Positions 26,662 to 39,480 of a DNA stretch of 64,000 nt are shown in pieces. The notes under the pieces were generated by a model. The model was not told where the DNA came from. It was given only the letters and a program-made list of their open reading frames with translations, and did not search any database. Position numbers and translations under genes: made by a program. Source of the DNA: Ginglymostoma cirratum (Eukaryota). Location of the stretch: NCBI GenBank assembly GCA_024137785.1, contig JAHRHZ010000016.1, positions 57,365,650 through 57,429,649 on the forward strand. The letters are read 5' to 3'. Position 1 is the stretch's first letter, and the number at the start of each line of letters is the position of its first letter.

Positions 26662-26885
26662 CTTTGTTCTCTCTGCCCAGCTTGTCAGCCGTGTCCCAGT
26701 GTTCGTAACTCCTGAGGATGTTGTTGGTAATGTTGACGTGACTGGCAGCCATGTGATGGATCCGCTGTGGAATGCTGATGGTCGCTGAGGGAGATGAGCC
26801 AGTGGTGCTTGTGCTGCTCCCATGAGACCCGACTGAACTGACGGGAGATGGGCTGGGAGATAAAGGGGAGGCTGTTCCTGTGGTT
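26662..26885 (-). CDS. AFF2: AFF2 penultimate coding exon
   Basis: cttcctgcag|[25 protein letters not shown]...[40 protein letters not shown]|GTCAGA. 224 nt. Confidence 0.96.
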
Positions 26886-28149
26886 CTGCAGGAAGACAAG
26901 CAGAAACAAAATCACCATCTGAGCTTATCAAACAATTTTTATTTTCGTTTCGAGGTTTGTTTCTGATCCCTGATAGTCTTTCAGAAAGTTAAGAGTGAGT
27001 TACTAATACCCATATGCTCAGGGTACACACACCACCGCTCTGTTACAAGGGATTTCCAGAGTATTGACCCACTGAAAGTGAAGGAAAGATTATACAGTTC
27101 TGAGTTAATGTTTGCCTTGCAGAGAAACCTGCTGCTCGAGGTGCATCTGTGCATCTGCTGCCCCTGCCCCTCATGGTGGAAGATATTGCAGGTTCGTGAG
27201 AGTCTATTTTTGATTTTTGTCTTTGATTATTCATTCATTCATGGAATGTGGGCATCACTGGATAGGTCAACATTTATTGTCCATCCCTAATTTCTCAGAA
27301 GGCAGTTAAGAGTCAGCCACATTGCTGTGGGTCTGGAGTCACACGTAGGCCAGACCAGGTAGGTACAGCAGTTTGCTTCCTCAAAAGACTTGAGAGAACC
27401 AGATGGATTTTTCTGATAACAGCTTCATGGTCATCAACAGATTCTTAATTCCAGATATTTTTCCCAATAAATTCAAATTCCACTATTGGATTCAAACCCC
27501 AATCCCAAAACATTACCTGGGTCTCTGGATTAACAGTCTATGTGAGTGACAGGGTTTTATTTTAGGCATATAATTGGTCTTGAAGTAAACAACCCCCACC
27601 CACATCATTTTTCTGAAGGAACAGCCCTGCTTTTATCACAATAAATTGTTGCAGTTTTGATTATGATTTCTTTTTGTTGTCATTGGTAATGACTGTTTTT
27701 TAAGTTGACTCTGTAGACTGTTAGCTGTCTTGAAACTGCATGTTTGCTGAGCTAAAGCAATTTTTTGGTGTGTGGTCTACCATAAGCCACATCCTACCAA
27801 AAGCCATGTCCTGTCTCCAACTCAATGGTTGACATTAGTTTCAATAAACATCTGATAATATTTTTGCATGGGCTCTTTACTCAGAACCGTAGACTTTTAT
27901 AGGTCAGCAGGGTGACTCCATGATTTACCCTGTGGCATGAGAAAATTACTCATGGGAGATGTGCTGAAATGCCAGACTAATTTATCTGCTCGAGTCTCAA
28001 AGTACAGCCAAGCCCCTAAACATATAACTTGGGAGGTAGCTAGGTAGGGGTGAGAGTATTGGTAGTAAGGGATGGGCATTGAAAAGCATAATCACAGAAT
28101 CAAGTTAACCCAGGCAACAACTCACAGGTTTTCTGTCCTCTATATAACA

Positions 28150-28460
28150 TCATGGGTATCCTTACACAGCTACGGTTGCTACCATCTAGAAGGACAAAGG
28201 CAGCAGATACATGAAATACCACCAACTTGTAAGTTCCCCTCCAAGCCACTCACCATCCTGACTTGGAACTATATCACCATTCCTTCACTGTCACTGAGTC
28301 AAAATCCTGGAATTCTCTCCCTCACGACATTGTGTGTCTACCTACAGCACATGGTCTGCAGTGGTTCAAGGAAGCAGCTCACCACCACCTTCTCAAGCCG
28401 ATTAGTAATGGACAATAAATGCTGGTCCAACCAGGAAAAAACACACCCTCTGAATGAATA
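28150..28460 (+). mobile_element. LINE 3' end whose tail is shared with the GGGCAATTAGGG SINE family
   Basis: aagttcccctccaagccactcaccatcctgacttgg...gcagtggttcaaggaagcagctcaccaccaccttctcaag...gacaataaatgctgg. Related pieces at 2740-2910, 45900-46250, 54600-54850 and 61130-61740. Confidence 0.7.
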
Positions 28461-28726
28461 CACAAAATTTCCAATTCTTGTGCTCTCAGATTTGACCCCT
28501 GGTCTCCGCTGACGCAGCTGATCTCAGCTCAGAGTGTTTGGAACCAGCCTTAGCAATCCAACTCGGTGAGGTAAAATCACCTGGTTTAAACCCCTTCAAT
28601 AATATGGGGGGGGGGGGGGGTTCTCCCAGTGCAGTACAGACAAAGTGAAACACTCTTAGAAGACATTACTTTTCTAATGAGATGTTAAACAGAGGCTACT
28701 TCTGTACATGTCATTATTTTGAGGAA

Positions 28727-30018
28727 TCATAGAATCCCTACAGTGTGGAAGCAGGACATTTAGCCTATCAAGTTCAAACTGACTCTCTGAACAGCATCCC
28801 AACCAGACCCACTCTCCTACACCATCCTTGCAACTTGACATTCCCCATAGCTAAACCACCTCGCCATTCTGAGAAGGACCCTTTTATCTCTACTTTCTGC
28901 TTTCTGCCAGGCAGCCAATCTTCTATCCATGCTAGCACCTTGCCTCTAACACCGTGAGCCCTTATCTTACTCAGCAGCCTCCTGTGTGGCACCTTGTCAA
29001 ATGCCTTCTGGAGATCCAAGTAGATCATATCCATTGGCTCTCCTTGGTCTAACCTGGTTGTTACCTCCTTAAAGAATTATAACAGATTTTTCAGGTATGA
29101 CGTCCCTTGATGAAACCATGCTGACTTTGTCCTAGCTTATCATGCACTTCCAAGTAATCAGAAATCTCATCCTTCACAATGGACTCCAAAATCTTACCCA
29201 CGTCCGAGGCCAGGCTAATTGGCCTGTAATCTCTCATCTTTTGCCTTACTCCCTTTTTAAACAGGAGTTTTACACAAGTGATTTTCTAGTCCTCTTGGAC
29301 CTTCCCTGCCTCCAGTGATTCCTGAAAGATCACCACTAAAGCCTCCGCTATTTCTTTTATCTCTTTTAGAACTCTAGGGTGTCGTCCATCCGGTCCAGGT
29401 GATTTATCCACCTTCAGACCTTTCAGTCTTTCTTGCACTTTGTCCTTGGTGATGGCCACCATACTCACCTCTGCCCCTTGACTCTCTTGAATTTTTGGGA
29501 CGTTACTCATGTCTTCATCCATGAAGACTAACACAAAGTTCTTGTTCAGTTCTTCCACTATTTCTTTGTTCCTTATTACTCTACTTCTTCTCCAGCGACA
29601 TTTTCCACTGGGGCCAATGTTTACTTTTGCATCACTTCTTCCCTTTATCGATCTAAAGAAACTCTTGCAATCTTCTTTCGTATTACTTGTAAGCTTACCC
29701 TCCTTATTTCTTCTTTAGTTGTCCTCAGTTGGTCTTTGTAGGCTTCACTATCCCCCAGCTTCCCACTGCCCTTCGTCACATTATAAGTTTTCTCTTCTGC
29801 TTTTATGCTGCCCCTGGACTTCCCATGTCAGCCATGCACAACTTTGGATTGTGGAATGAAATCAGAGCACCCGGAGAAAACCCATGCAAATACAGAGAGA
29901 ATGCACAAACTCCACACAGGCAGTCACCCGAGGGTGGAATCGAACCCGGGTCCCTAGTGCCATGAGGCAGCAGGGCTAAGCACTGAGCCACCGTGCCATC
30001 CCCATGTGTGTCTCATAA
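28727..30018 (-). mobile_element. HE1 SINE containing an internal CR1 ORF2 fragment (28861-29828), flanked by a 15-bp TSD
   Basis: TSD cattattttgaggaa at 28712-28726 and 30019-30033. HE1 tail 28727-28860; HE1 V-domain and head ~29829-30002. CR1 motifs IYLDLQKAFDKVPH and LKVDKSPGPDG lie between. Confidence 0.85.
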
Positions 30019-30058
30019 CATTATTTTGAGGAACAGCAAACAGGATACCTCTAATATA

Positions 30059-30278
30059 CAGGTAGTTCTACTAGAATGCGTGTTTAGTTATGTGAATTGG
30101 CTGTAATACGATTGACGAATCATAGATGCTGTTTCAAAAACGCAAACTTTCTTTCCTCTGCTGTACATGTATAGCAATTTTCTATAGCAATTTCCCTACA
30201 TCACGATTTTCTATGGCAATTTTCTATAGCACGAGGTCACACAAGAAGGCAACTATCACGTTATAGGAGAACTACCTG
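30059..30278. mobile_element. Tc1/mariner-pogo (Tigger-like) MITE
   Basis: TA|CAGGTAGTTCT...AGAACTACCTG|TA. 22-bp TIR with 4 mismatches, TA duplication, internal (atttttctatagc)-like repeats. Confidence 0.85.
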
Positions 30279-31759
30279 TACTGGCCAATATTCATCCTCC
30301 AAACAACATCACTGAAACACATGATCTGGTCATTAACAAGTAAAGCTGACCCACCCTCTCTGAACACTACCACACAGATGATTATGGCATCATGCTGTGT
30401 ACATTTGCTATCACATTTCCCATATTACAACAATGATCACACTTCTGAAAAATGCTTCATTGGTTTCAAAGTGCTTGGGGATGCCCTGTGCTTGAGAAAG
30501 TCGCAATATTAATGCAAGACTCCTGTTCTGTAATTTGCCTTCAAAAAGATAAAAGATGTTGTTGACAACTTGGGCAAAATAAAACTGTGCTTGGCCATGC
30601 AGTTTTGAACATTGGCACAGCTAGTGGTGCTACATGCTAGCAGGTGTTGATGAAGTGACCTGGCTCTTGCAGACCAGAAGGTCAAAACTGGAATACGGCA
30701 GACAGCTAGACAGGCACTCCGTAGAGAAAAAGCCAATTGACTGACTCAAATCCAGCCTGTTTATCTCCTTAAAATCTTAATATAATTAGGAAACAAACAG
30801 TCATATTGGAGGAAACAGATGCTGCTGAACCTGTAGGCAGTCCCTTTGTTCACTATGTTAGTGGGCTGCTTTTGTGATCAATATTTTAAACAGCTTGCAA
30901 ATGCTCAGAGGGGCTTGATTAACACTCTGATGCATGATTTTATTTTATGAATCAATCAGAGCTCTGTTATTTCATTCATAATAATTACACTCAATCCCTC
31001 CTTATTGGTTCTGACAAGAGCCCTGAATAAATGTTGTATTGAAAAACATTTAGGCCAGATTAAATCCAGCTAAATTCTCAGTCATAATCACAATCACTAG
31101 GCATTGTAAAAGTGATGGCTATTTGCTGATCAACCGTGACTTGGATTGCTTTTAAACTAGATCTTAACATCTATCAATAAAATATGCATCAGTCCTTCAG
31201 CAAATCTAAACATTGTGACTCTGAGACTAAAGGTCGATATTAAATTGAAAGATGGCAGCTCAGGAGGCGAGTAAATCACATTAACTGTTGACAATTCTCC
31301 TTTATCGAAGGCAGCCAGTGTATTGCAAGGTTATATCAAGTCCCTGGACAGGAGAAAGGATCGCGTGTTAAATATAAAGACAAGTGTGACTGAAAGTGGC
31401 TGGAACACGAGAAAGCTGGCCTGGTTATACCCTGATCACTCCTGAAGCAAAGACAAGCTCTCTCAATGTACACAATGAAGGTAGCTGAGAAAGCTTGGTA
31501 ATCTCATACGGTTGGGATCTCCTATATACTTGGCACATGAATGATGCAGACTGTTATTAATATGCAAATCATCCAGCAACTTGTGACGAGTGAGGGAAAC
31601 CCCCCGAATTGTTAATTACTACAAGGTGCAATTTAATTTGGGTCACCCCACTGTTATTTTTGCTAAAAAAAACTCTCTTGCCCTTGACCCAATATCCAGG
31701 AGTAACATCCTCCTGAGGAAGATTTGCTCGCACTCTCAGGGAGGAACTTTAGAACGAAA

Positions 31760-32990
31760 ACAAATTGCTTATAGGAAATAGAAAAGCTGTAAATGAAATA
31801 GTAAAGCAGCAGAAACAAGTCCTGGAATCAACCAGGGTCAAAATACAGAATAGTATTAAAACAGCATGATAAAAAAAACACTCTATTTGAATGCACGCAG
31901 AATTCACCAACAAAATAGGCAAATTCACGGTGCTAGTCAAATTAGAAGTGTATGATTTAATTGTCATTATAGAGATGTGGCGGCATGGTGACCAAGAGTG
32001 GGAACCAAACATTAAAGGGTATTTGACATTTAGGAACAAGGGACTAAAAGGGAAAGGAGGCAGCAAGTGCTGATAAATAAGGAAAGGTATTGATATATTA
32101 GTGAAAGAACATCCTTGGAAGAATAGGAATCTGGGTGGAGCGAAGAAACAGCAAGGGACATCAAACACTGGTAGCTGTGGTTTTTAGGTTACCAAATAGT
32201 AGTACTCATGTAAGGCACAGTATAAATAAGGATATTAGAACGTATGTAGCAAGGGGAAATGAAGTAATCATGGCTGACTTCAATGTGCTTACAGGGTGGA
32301 CAAATATAACAAGCTTCAATGCTGTGGAGCATGAATTCCTAGAATGTGTTAAAGAAAGTTTTCTGCAGTAATAAGTTAGGGAGCCAACTGGAAAACAGGC
32401 TATTTTAGATCTATTATTATGCAATGAGAAAAGGTTCATTAAAAGTCTTGCAATAAAATGACTTTTAGGGAATAGTGACCACAGTATAATGGAATTTTCC
32501 ATTAAGTTTGAAAATGATGTAATCCAATCTAAAAGTACGGCCCTTAAATCTTAGCAAGAGCAATTACAGAGGTAAGAACAGCTGTCTGTGGTGGATTGGA
32601 AAATACATTAAAAAGTTTGATAGGTAGGCATTGGTCACATGTTTAGAAATACTGCTTGTTTTTCAAATTAAAATCATATAATACTATAAGTCAAAATAGG
32701 AAACAGGAAAAGCGAAAGCGCAATGGTTAACAAGGAAAATTAAAGATTGCATTAGATCAAAGGTGGAGGATTATAAAATTGTCAAAAAATATTGTAAGCC
32801 TGAGGATTGGGAGAGAGTCAGCAAAGGGGAACTGAATTGATAAAGACAGAGAGAATAGAATGTGAATAAAAAGTAGAAAGAAACATAAAACGTGAGTGTA
32901 AAAGCTTCTGTAGGTATTCATAAGAGGAAAGGGTTAGCAAAAGTGTATGAGTCTGTGACAAGTAGAGGCATGAGAGTGATCATGACCAGC
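31760..32990 (+). mobile_element. Decayed CR1 endonuclease-region fragment
   Basis: YDLIVIIEMW..GDQEWEPNIKGY, VAVVFRLPNS, VIMADFN, LGNSDH. Confidence 0.8.
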
Positions 32991-33319
32991 TAATCTATTT
33001 TTTGACTTGTTGATTGAAGGATTCATATTGGCCAGGATACCAGGATTACCTCCCCTTCTTAAAAGAAAAGCCTAGGATTGTTTACATCCACGGACGATAG
33101 CTAATTTTGCCTCAGTTTAACATCTCATTAGAAAGATGACAATGCAGCAACTGGAAAACCTGTGTCAACTTGTTTGTGTTATTCGGCTCTGGCGTCGGAC
33201 TTGAACCTTGAACTCTGCAACTTGTGGGCAACTGTGCTGCCACACAGTAATTGGTGGTACTGACAGACACGTCATTCCAGCAAAATTTGGTCCCTGAGAA
33301 TTACAAAGGGGGAACTTAC

Positions 33320-33369
33320 TTTCCATTTGTTCCCCAAGGCGAAGGAGCTTGCGAGGCTTTTGAGGAACT
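33320..33369 (-). CDS. AFF2: AFF2 small coding exon
   Basis: ttttctattacag|AGT, SSSKASQAPSPWGTNG, AA|GTAAGT. 50 nt, phase 0 to 2. PSPW motif. Confidence 0.92.
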
Positions 33370-33810
33370 CTGTAATAGAAAAAGTCATGCATGAAAATAC
33401 AAGAGACCTCTACTGGTTTTCCAATGAGCAGTAAAACATATCCAGTTTAAGATCATTTCTTCGCATGGGGAAGTGTCATGCTGCAACATACATTGCTATA
33501 TTAGTTAAAATTAGGTGAAAGAGCAACAACATATTGAAATATATCCATAAACATTACAAGAGAAAACTTCTTGGCTGCATTAACAATGGATGCCATAATA
33601 TTAATAGTACGACCGCTGCTTGAATCGAACAGCATCATTGATGCAGAGAAGAATCCCAAGGTATGTTACAAAGGGAATATAGGATACGGTAATACTGAGT
33701 ATAAACAATGAACTAAAGGCAACAAGTTCAAATCTTGCTCTGGAAAGCTATAAATCTGATGGTTTGTGGATTAGCCTCAACCACTTTCTGGAAGGTTTCA
33801 AAAGCCAACA

Positions 33811-34041
33811 CTCAAAACAAAAGCAAAATACGGCAAGTGCGAGAGATCTGAAATGAGAACAGCAATTGTTGGAGAAATTCAGCTTGTCTAACAGCATCTG
33901 TGAAGAGAGAGAGGCAGAGTTATTGTTTCAAATCTTAATTCTGAAGAAGAGACATACTGGGCTTGAAGCGTTAACCCTTGATTCTTTCTTCACAGATGCT
34001 GCCAGGCCTGCTGATTTCTCCAGCACTTTCTGTTTCCTTTC
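33811..34041. mobile_element. Palindromic Penelope-derived element with 12-bp TSD
   Basis: TSD caaaagccaaca at 33799-33810 and 34042-34053. Inverted arms cagcatctgtgaag/cttcacagatgctg. Degenerate core ctgaagaagagacatactgggcttgaagcgtt. Confidence 0.75.
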
Positions 34042-35438
34042 CAAAAGCCAACAGCTTGACTAATACCCCAACGCAACCATATCATTGACCTTTAGTGACC
34101 CTTGAAGTGGCCCAGCAACTGCTCATTTCTAATAGGATTGCTTCATGAAGGAACACTTACACACGGTGGACAACAAATATGGCTGCCTTTTGTGCTGTCT
34201 GATCCTGGTGAAAAGCTTACTGCAGAGATAACCCAGAAAATTCTACCTGGAATTGACGTCAAAATAACCAAGGGTGGGCTGATGTATCCAAAGGGACCAG
34301 AAGTCCACTAGGAAACATACTGCTTGGATCAGAATATCAGTCAAATGGCAGTTCAGAACAGACAACCAGCAAGTGCTAACTACTCAAATATTCATTTCAC
34401 AATTCACTCCAGACACAATGTGCTGCTGATGGATAGATGTTGACAAAGGTTTTTGGAGAACTGGGTGTCAGATTGAATTTCAAGTGCTGACCATTAAAAA
34501 TAAAATCAACAAAAACATTTAATCCATTTCACAAATGTAGTTTAATACTCTTTAGAATAAATGGAGACTGGAAGTTACTGCTGGGATCAAGGAGATGCTA
34601 AAGTATAGCAAAGCTATGGATACTTAAAGCACGTCCACCAACAATTTGCATTTCTACAGCACCCTGACAGCAAAATATCCCAAGGTGCTTCATGAGGACT
34701 CTGTTAGTCAACATTTGACACATGTTAGGATAGATGGCCAGAGTTTGGTGAAAGTCACAGCTTTTAAGAAGCATCTTACACAAAGATGGAGAGTGGAGGA
34801 GAGGTGAAGAGGTTCAGGGAGAGAATTTCAGAGATTCAGCCCAGGGCAGCTGATAAAAATAGCCACCACTAATTGACTGATTAAAATAAAGAGGCCAAAA
34901 TTCAAGAAGTTCAGGGTTAATGAAGGCTTGTCGGGCTGGGGAGGTTACAGCAGTCCTTGCCAAATTTTCCAACTTTGACCCCATTTTAAGGTTTAAAAGT
35001 TGATGTGACCCATTCGTGAGAGTGGAGGAACTGCAGGCTTGTTTGAGGGGGAAGGCGCAAACTTATAGCTTGGCCAGAATCTATTGTGGCAACTGCCATC
35101 TCAGAGCTTACAACTCCAAAGTTTCTGCTTGCAACTGCACTTGGGGCCCGTCTCCCCACTTTTGGAAGCCCTGGTTTACAGAGCTAGCAAGGTGCTAGAC
35201 TGTAGAGGTGTTTGAAAACCATGATGGGAAATATGAAATCAAGGTATTGCCTGACTGGGAGCCATTGTAAGTTAGTGAGCACAGTGGGCAATGGGTAAAT
35301 GGAATTTGGTACTGGTTACGATACATTAAGAGGGGCCCAGAAGGAATGGACTTGAAACACTGATTCTATTTTCTCTCCACAGATGTTGCCAGAGCTGCTG
35401 AGTATCTCTAGCACTCGCTGTTGTTGTTTCACGTCAAC

Positions 35439-35838
35439 NNNNNNNNNNNNNNNNNNNNNNNNNNNNNNNNNNNNNNNNNNNNNNNNNNNNNNNNNNNNNN
35501 NNNNNNNNNNNNNNNNNNNNNNNNNNNNNNNNNNNNNNNNNNNNNNNNNNNNNNNNNNNNNNNNNNNNNNNNNNNNNNNNNNNNNNNNNNNNNNNNNNNN
35601 NNNNNNNNNNNNNNNNNNNNNNNNNNNNNNNNNNNNNNNNNNNNNNNNNNNNNNNNNNNNNNNNNNNNNNNNNNNNNNNNNNNNNNNNNNNNNNNNNNNN
35701 NNNNNNNNNNNNNNNNNNNNNNNNNNNNNNNNNNNNNNNNNNNNNNNNNNNNNNNNNNNNNNNNNNNNNNNNNNNNNNNNNNNNNNNNNNNNNNNNNNNN
35801 NNNNNNNNNNNNNNNNNNNNNNNNNNNNNNNNNNNNNN
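35439..35838. other. Assembly gap (400 N)
   Basis: Run of N; the right flank is the Penelope-derived arm. Confidence 1.
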
Positions 35839-35939
35839 TTCCTGCTCCTATGATGGATGCTTGGCCTGCTGTGTTCATCCAGCTCTACACCTTGTTATCT
35901 CGGATTCTCCAGCATCTACAGTTCCTATTATCTTTGATA

Positions 35940-36470
35940 CAAATGCAGAAACAGACCCGTCGGTCCAAACAATCCATGCTGAACATAATCCCAAAATAAA
36001 CGAGTCCCACCTGCCTGCTCTTGGCCCGTTTCCCTCCAAACCTTTCCTATTCATGTATTTATCTAAGTGTCTTTTAAATGCTGTCATTGTACCCACATCC
36101 ACTACTTCATCAGGAAGTTCATTCCACAGGCAAACCACGCTCAGTGTAAAAAATGTACCCATGTCTTTTATAAATCTCTTTCCTCACACCTTAAAAATAT
36201 GCCACCTAGTCTAGAAATCCTCCATGCTGGGAAAAAGACACCTACCATTAACCCTATCTATACCCCTCATGATTTCATAAACCTCCATAAGGTCCCCTTT
36301 CAACTTCCTATGCTCCAGTGAGAAAAGTCCCAGCCTTGCTTTATGACTCAAACCTTCCACACCTGGAAACCTCCTGATAAATCCCTTCAAAACCCCCTCC
36401 AGCTTAATAATACCTTTCCTATAACAGGTTGACCAGAACTGGATACAGTACTCCACAAGAGGCCTTGTCT
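35940..36470 (-). mobile_element. CR1 LINE 3' end
   Basis: EYCIQFWS...LFSLEHRKLKGDLMEVYEIMRGIDRVN and VVCLWNELPDEVV. Confidence 0.88.
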
Positions 36471-36834
36471 AGCAAAATCTAATAACCTCAGCCTTGAATG
36501 TTCCAAGTGTCCCCAGCATCCATGGCCATTTATGAGAAAGAGTTGTGGATTCTCACTACCTGTTTTTAAAGGGAAGAACTGTTTCTTAATTTCTTCTTTT
36601 ACCTAGATTAGCTATAATTGTAAGATTATGCCTCTTCATTTTCACTATTGCCTATTTGAGGAAATGCATTCTAACTTGTCCATCTGGTTGCTTTAGCCCA
36701 GTAATGTTGCTTAGAAACCAAGGTTTACCACTGGGGGAAGGCAGCTGGACTCAGCAATGTACAACACTTGAATAAACACTGCTATGACGACAGCGTATTT
36801 TAAATACATACTCCACCCCCCACCAAAATCATTA

Positions 36835-36939
<105 letters not shown>

Positions 36940-37279
36940 TCAAATTAGAGATACATTTTGTTAAGGTTAATACTCAGTAATGCAATATAATTTACATAAA
37001 TGATGTTTCTCATGCTGGCTTATTGAGGAACACAGTACAGATAGATTGACACAAAGTCAAAATTGCACATATTGCCTGTTTAAGCAAAGTAAGGAATTAA
37101 GGTAATGAATAAATGTCACAAAATAGCATTGCAGAATCTTCTATAATTTCTGAATGTGAGAGAAGGTAAAAATTTGCTTCATTAATTTATTTTCTTGATG
37201 AAGTAATGATACACTTATAACATCACAAAGTAGTTGGCTGGAAGTTCATTCACCTGATAGCTGACTCACTGAAACTCAC

Positions 37280-37351
37280 CATAAGACTGCTAGTTTCTTA
37301 TCAGCTAATGTGGCCATAGAACCCGTGAAATTCTTTAACCTCATGGCATAC
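37280..37351 (-). CDS. AFF2: AFF2 coding exon (CHD)
   Basis: tttctttcccaag|G, YAMRLKNFTGSMATLADKKLAVL, TG|GTGAGT. 72 nt; not in the ORF track. Confidence 0.95.
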
Positions 37352-38889
37352 CTTGGGAAAGAAACAACAAACAATCAATGATCCTGACTGGTGTGCAATG
37401 TGTGAGCATCTTTTATTACTTTTTCAGAGATAGGGGAAACATACGGGCAATATCTGTCCTTTGCACAAAGTGACACATTGGTCTAAATGTACAACCGTCT
37501 GGATTTTCCAACTGGAATCAAAATATACCCTTGCAGACAAATCCCACTCTTGGCTAGGAGTGAGAATGTTGCATTATCACATCCATCACCCATTCTACAA
37601 TCTGCCAAGTCTCTTTTTTTACTGAATCCAATGAAAAGGAAAAAAGATAGGGAGCGATGTACAATGTCCAAGAGTCCTAATTACCTCCCTACTGTGAGGC
37701 ATACACACAGCCATTTGTAGCTATGCAGAAATGCAACTCTGGGCTGATCCATGAAAATTGACAGCAAATAGCACACTCGCATTGTTCACTGCACAGCGCT
37801 AAACCCATTTTGAACCATTCAGGTGTGAAAATACCCACATTGTAAGATCTAAACTCTCGGCTTCAAGTTCATTTACATGGCATTTTGTGAGATGTGCCCA
37901 CACATCATCACAGGTGCTCTGGAAAAGGGACTGCATTATTGTTGAATTGAGCTGTTAAGCTTGATTCCTTGTGTGTAGCAATGTGAAAAGCAAGATGAGA
38001 TTTTGTTCTACATTCTACAGCCTGAGGAACTGGTGTCATCAGGCACTCAGTCACTGTGACATCTCAACTTAATATGATTTTGTAGCTTGGGGACGTAAAA
38101 GGGAAACATTTGCATCAACAAGTCTGATCTCTCAATTTTCATCTTGTTGCAGTTACTAAAATTAGACATCATGTCCCAGCTAATGAAGGAAGTGACCTTT
38201 TATATTACGGTGCATCAACGTCACTTCATGTATAGCTGAAAAAAATAGCTACAAACATATGGACACATAAATAGGAAAACACTAAATTCACAACAAGCTG
38301 CAGAATGAGTTATTGATCTCTACTGGCGCATCCCCAATTATTTTTCTGGGTGGCTTATATACATTTCTGTTGAGTAAGGAAATCCGAAATCAAGACAGGT
38401 AAATGGACAGGTAAATGCACATCAATCATAATCAAAGATGTGCACTTTTTTTTCCTTTATTCATTCACGGGATGAGGGCGTCGCTGGCTGGGGCAGCATT
38501 TATTGCCCATCTCTAATTGTCCAGAGGGCAGTTAAGAGTCAACCACATTGCTGTGGGTCTGGAGTCACATGTAATCCAGACCAGGTAAAGATAGCAGTTT
38601 CCTTCCCTAAAGGACATCAGTGAACCAGATGGGTTTTTCCCCAACAATGGATTGATGGTCATCATTAGATTCTTAATTGCAGACATTTATTGAATTCAAA
38701 TTCCACCATCTGCCGCGGCGGGACTCAAACCCAGAACATTTTCTGGGTCTCTGAATTAACAGTCCAGTGATAATACCACTGGGGCCATTGCCTCTCCTAA
38801 ACTAAACTGCACTTAAATTGCACCTTGCACATTCTCAGGATATCCCTTTATTTTGCAGCCAATAAAGTACTTCTGAAGAATACTTCGAG

Positions 38890-39480
38890 GATTAAGCCAT
38901 TCTGCCCCTTGACTCTACTCTCCCATTCTAGTTCATAGCTCATCATCTACCTCAATGTGATTTTTTTCATTTTTCCCATGTCCCTTGACATCATTGGTAA
39001 CTAAATATCTATTGATCTCAATCATGAACTTACCTCATGCTTGAGTCCTCTGCGGCAGAGAACTCCAAAGATTCAGTAAACTCTCAGTGAAGAGGTTCTT
39101 ACCTGTTTCAGTCCTTGCTTCTCATTTGAAGATGGTAACTCTTAGTTCTGGAGCCTATGGGAAGTATCCATTCCGGTTCTCCCCAGTCCAATCTTTTCAA
39201 AAATTTGTGCACTTTTAATGAGATCTCACCTCATTCTTTTCAACTGTAGATAATGTAGGCCCAATCCCCCCAGTCCACCCTCATAGGACATCCCAGGAAT
39301 TAATCTGGTAAATCTCTGCTGCTCTTCCTCTAAAGTAGGTATCTTTCCTTAGGTAAGGGACCGTGACTTCACCCATTACTCCAGGTGCATACCACCATGG
39401 TTCTATACAATTAGAAGCAAGACATCTCTGCTCCTGTACTCAAATTCTCGTTATAAAGGCCAACATACCGTGTGTTTTCC
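38890..39480 (-). mobile_element. Old CR1 LINE 3' fragment
   Basis: Similar to 12280-12900 (caggaattaatctggtaaatctctgctg...caagacatc...aaggccaacata). Confidence 0.7.

Noticed and set aside
30165-30235. CRISPR-like short repeats (atttttctatagc)
   Set aside because: Degenerate ~13-bp tandem units without spacers, inside a MITE in a vertebrate genome.
35383-35999. Long ORFs containing X runs (also 55635-56204)
   Set aside because: Artefacts of translating through N gaps.
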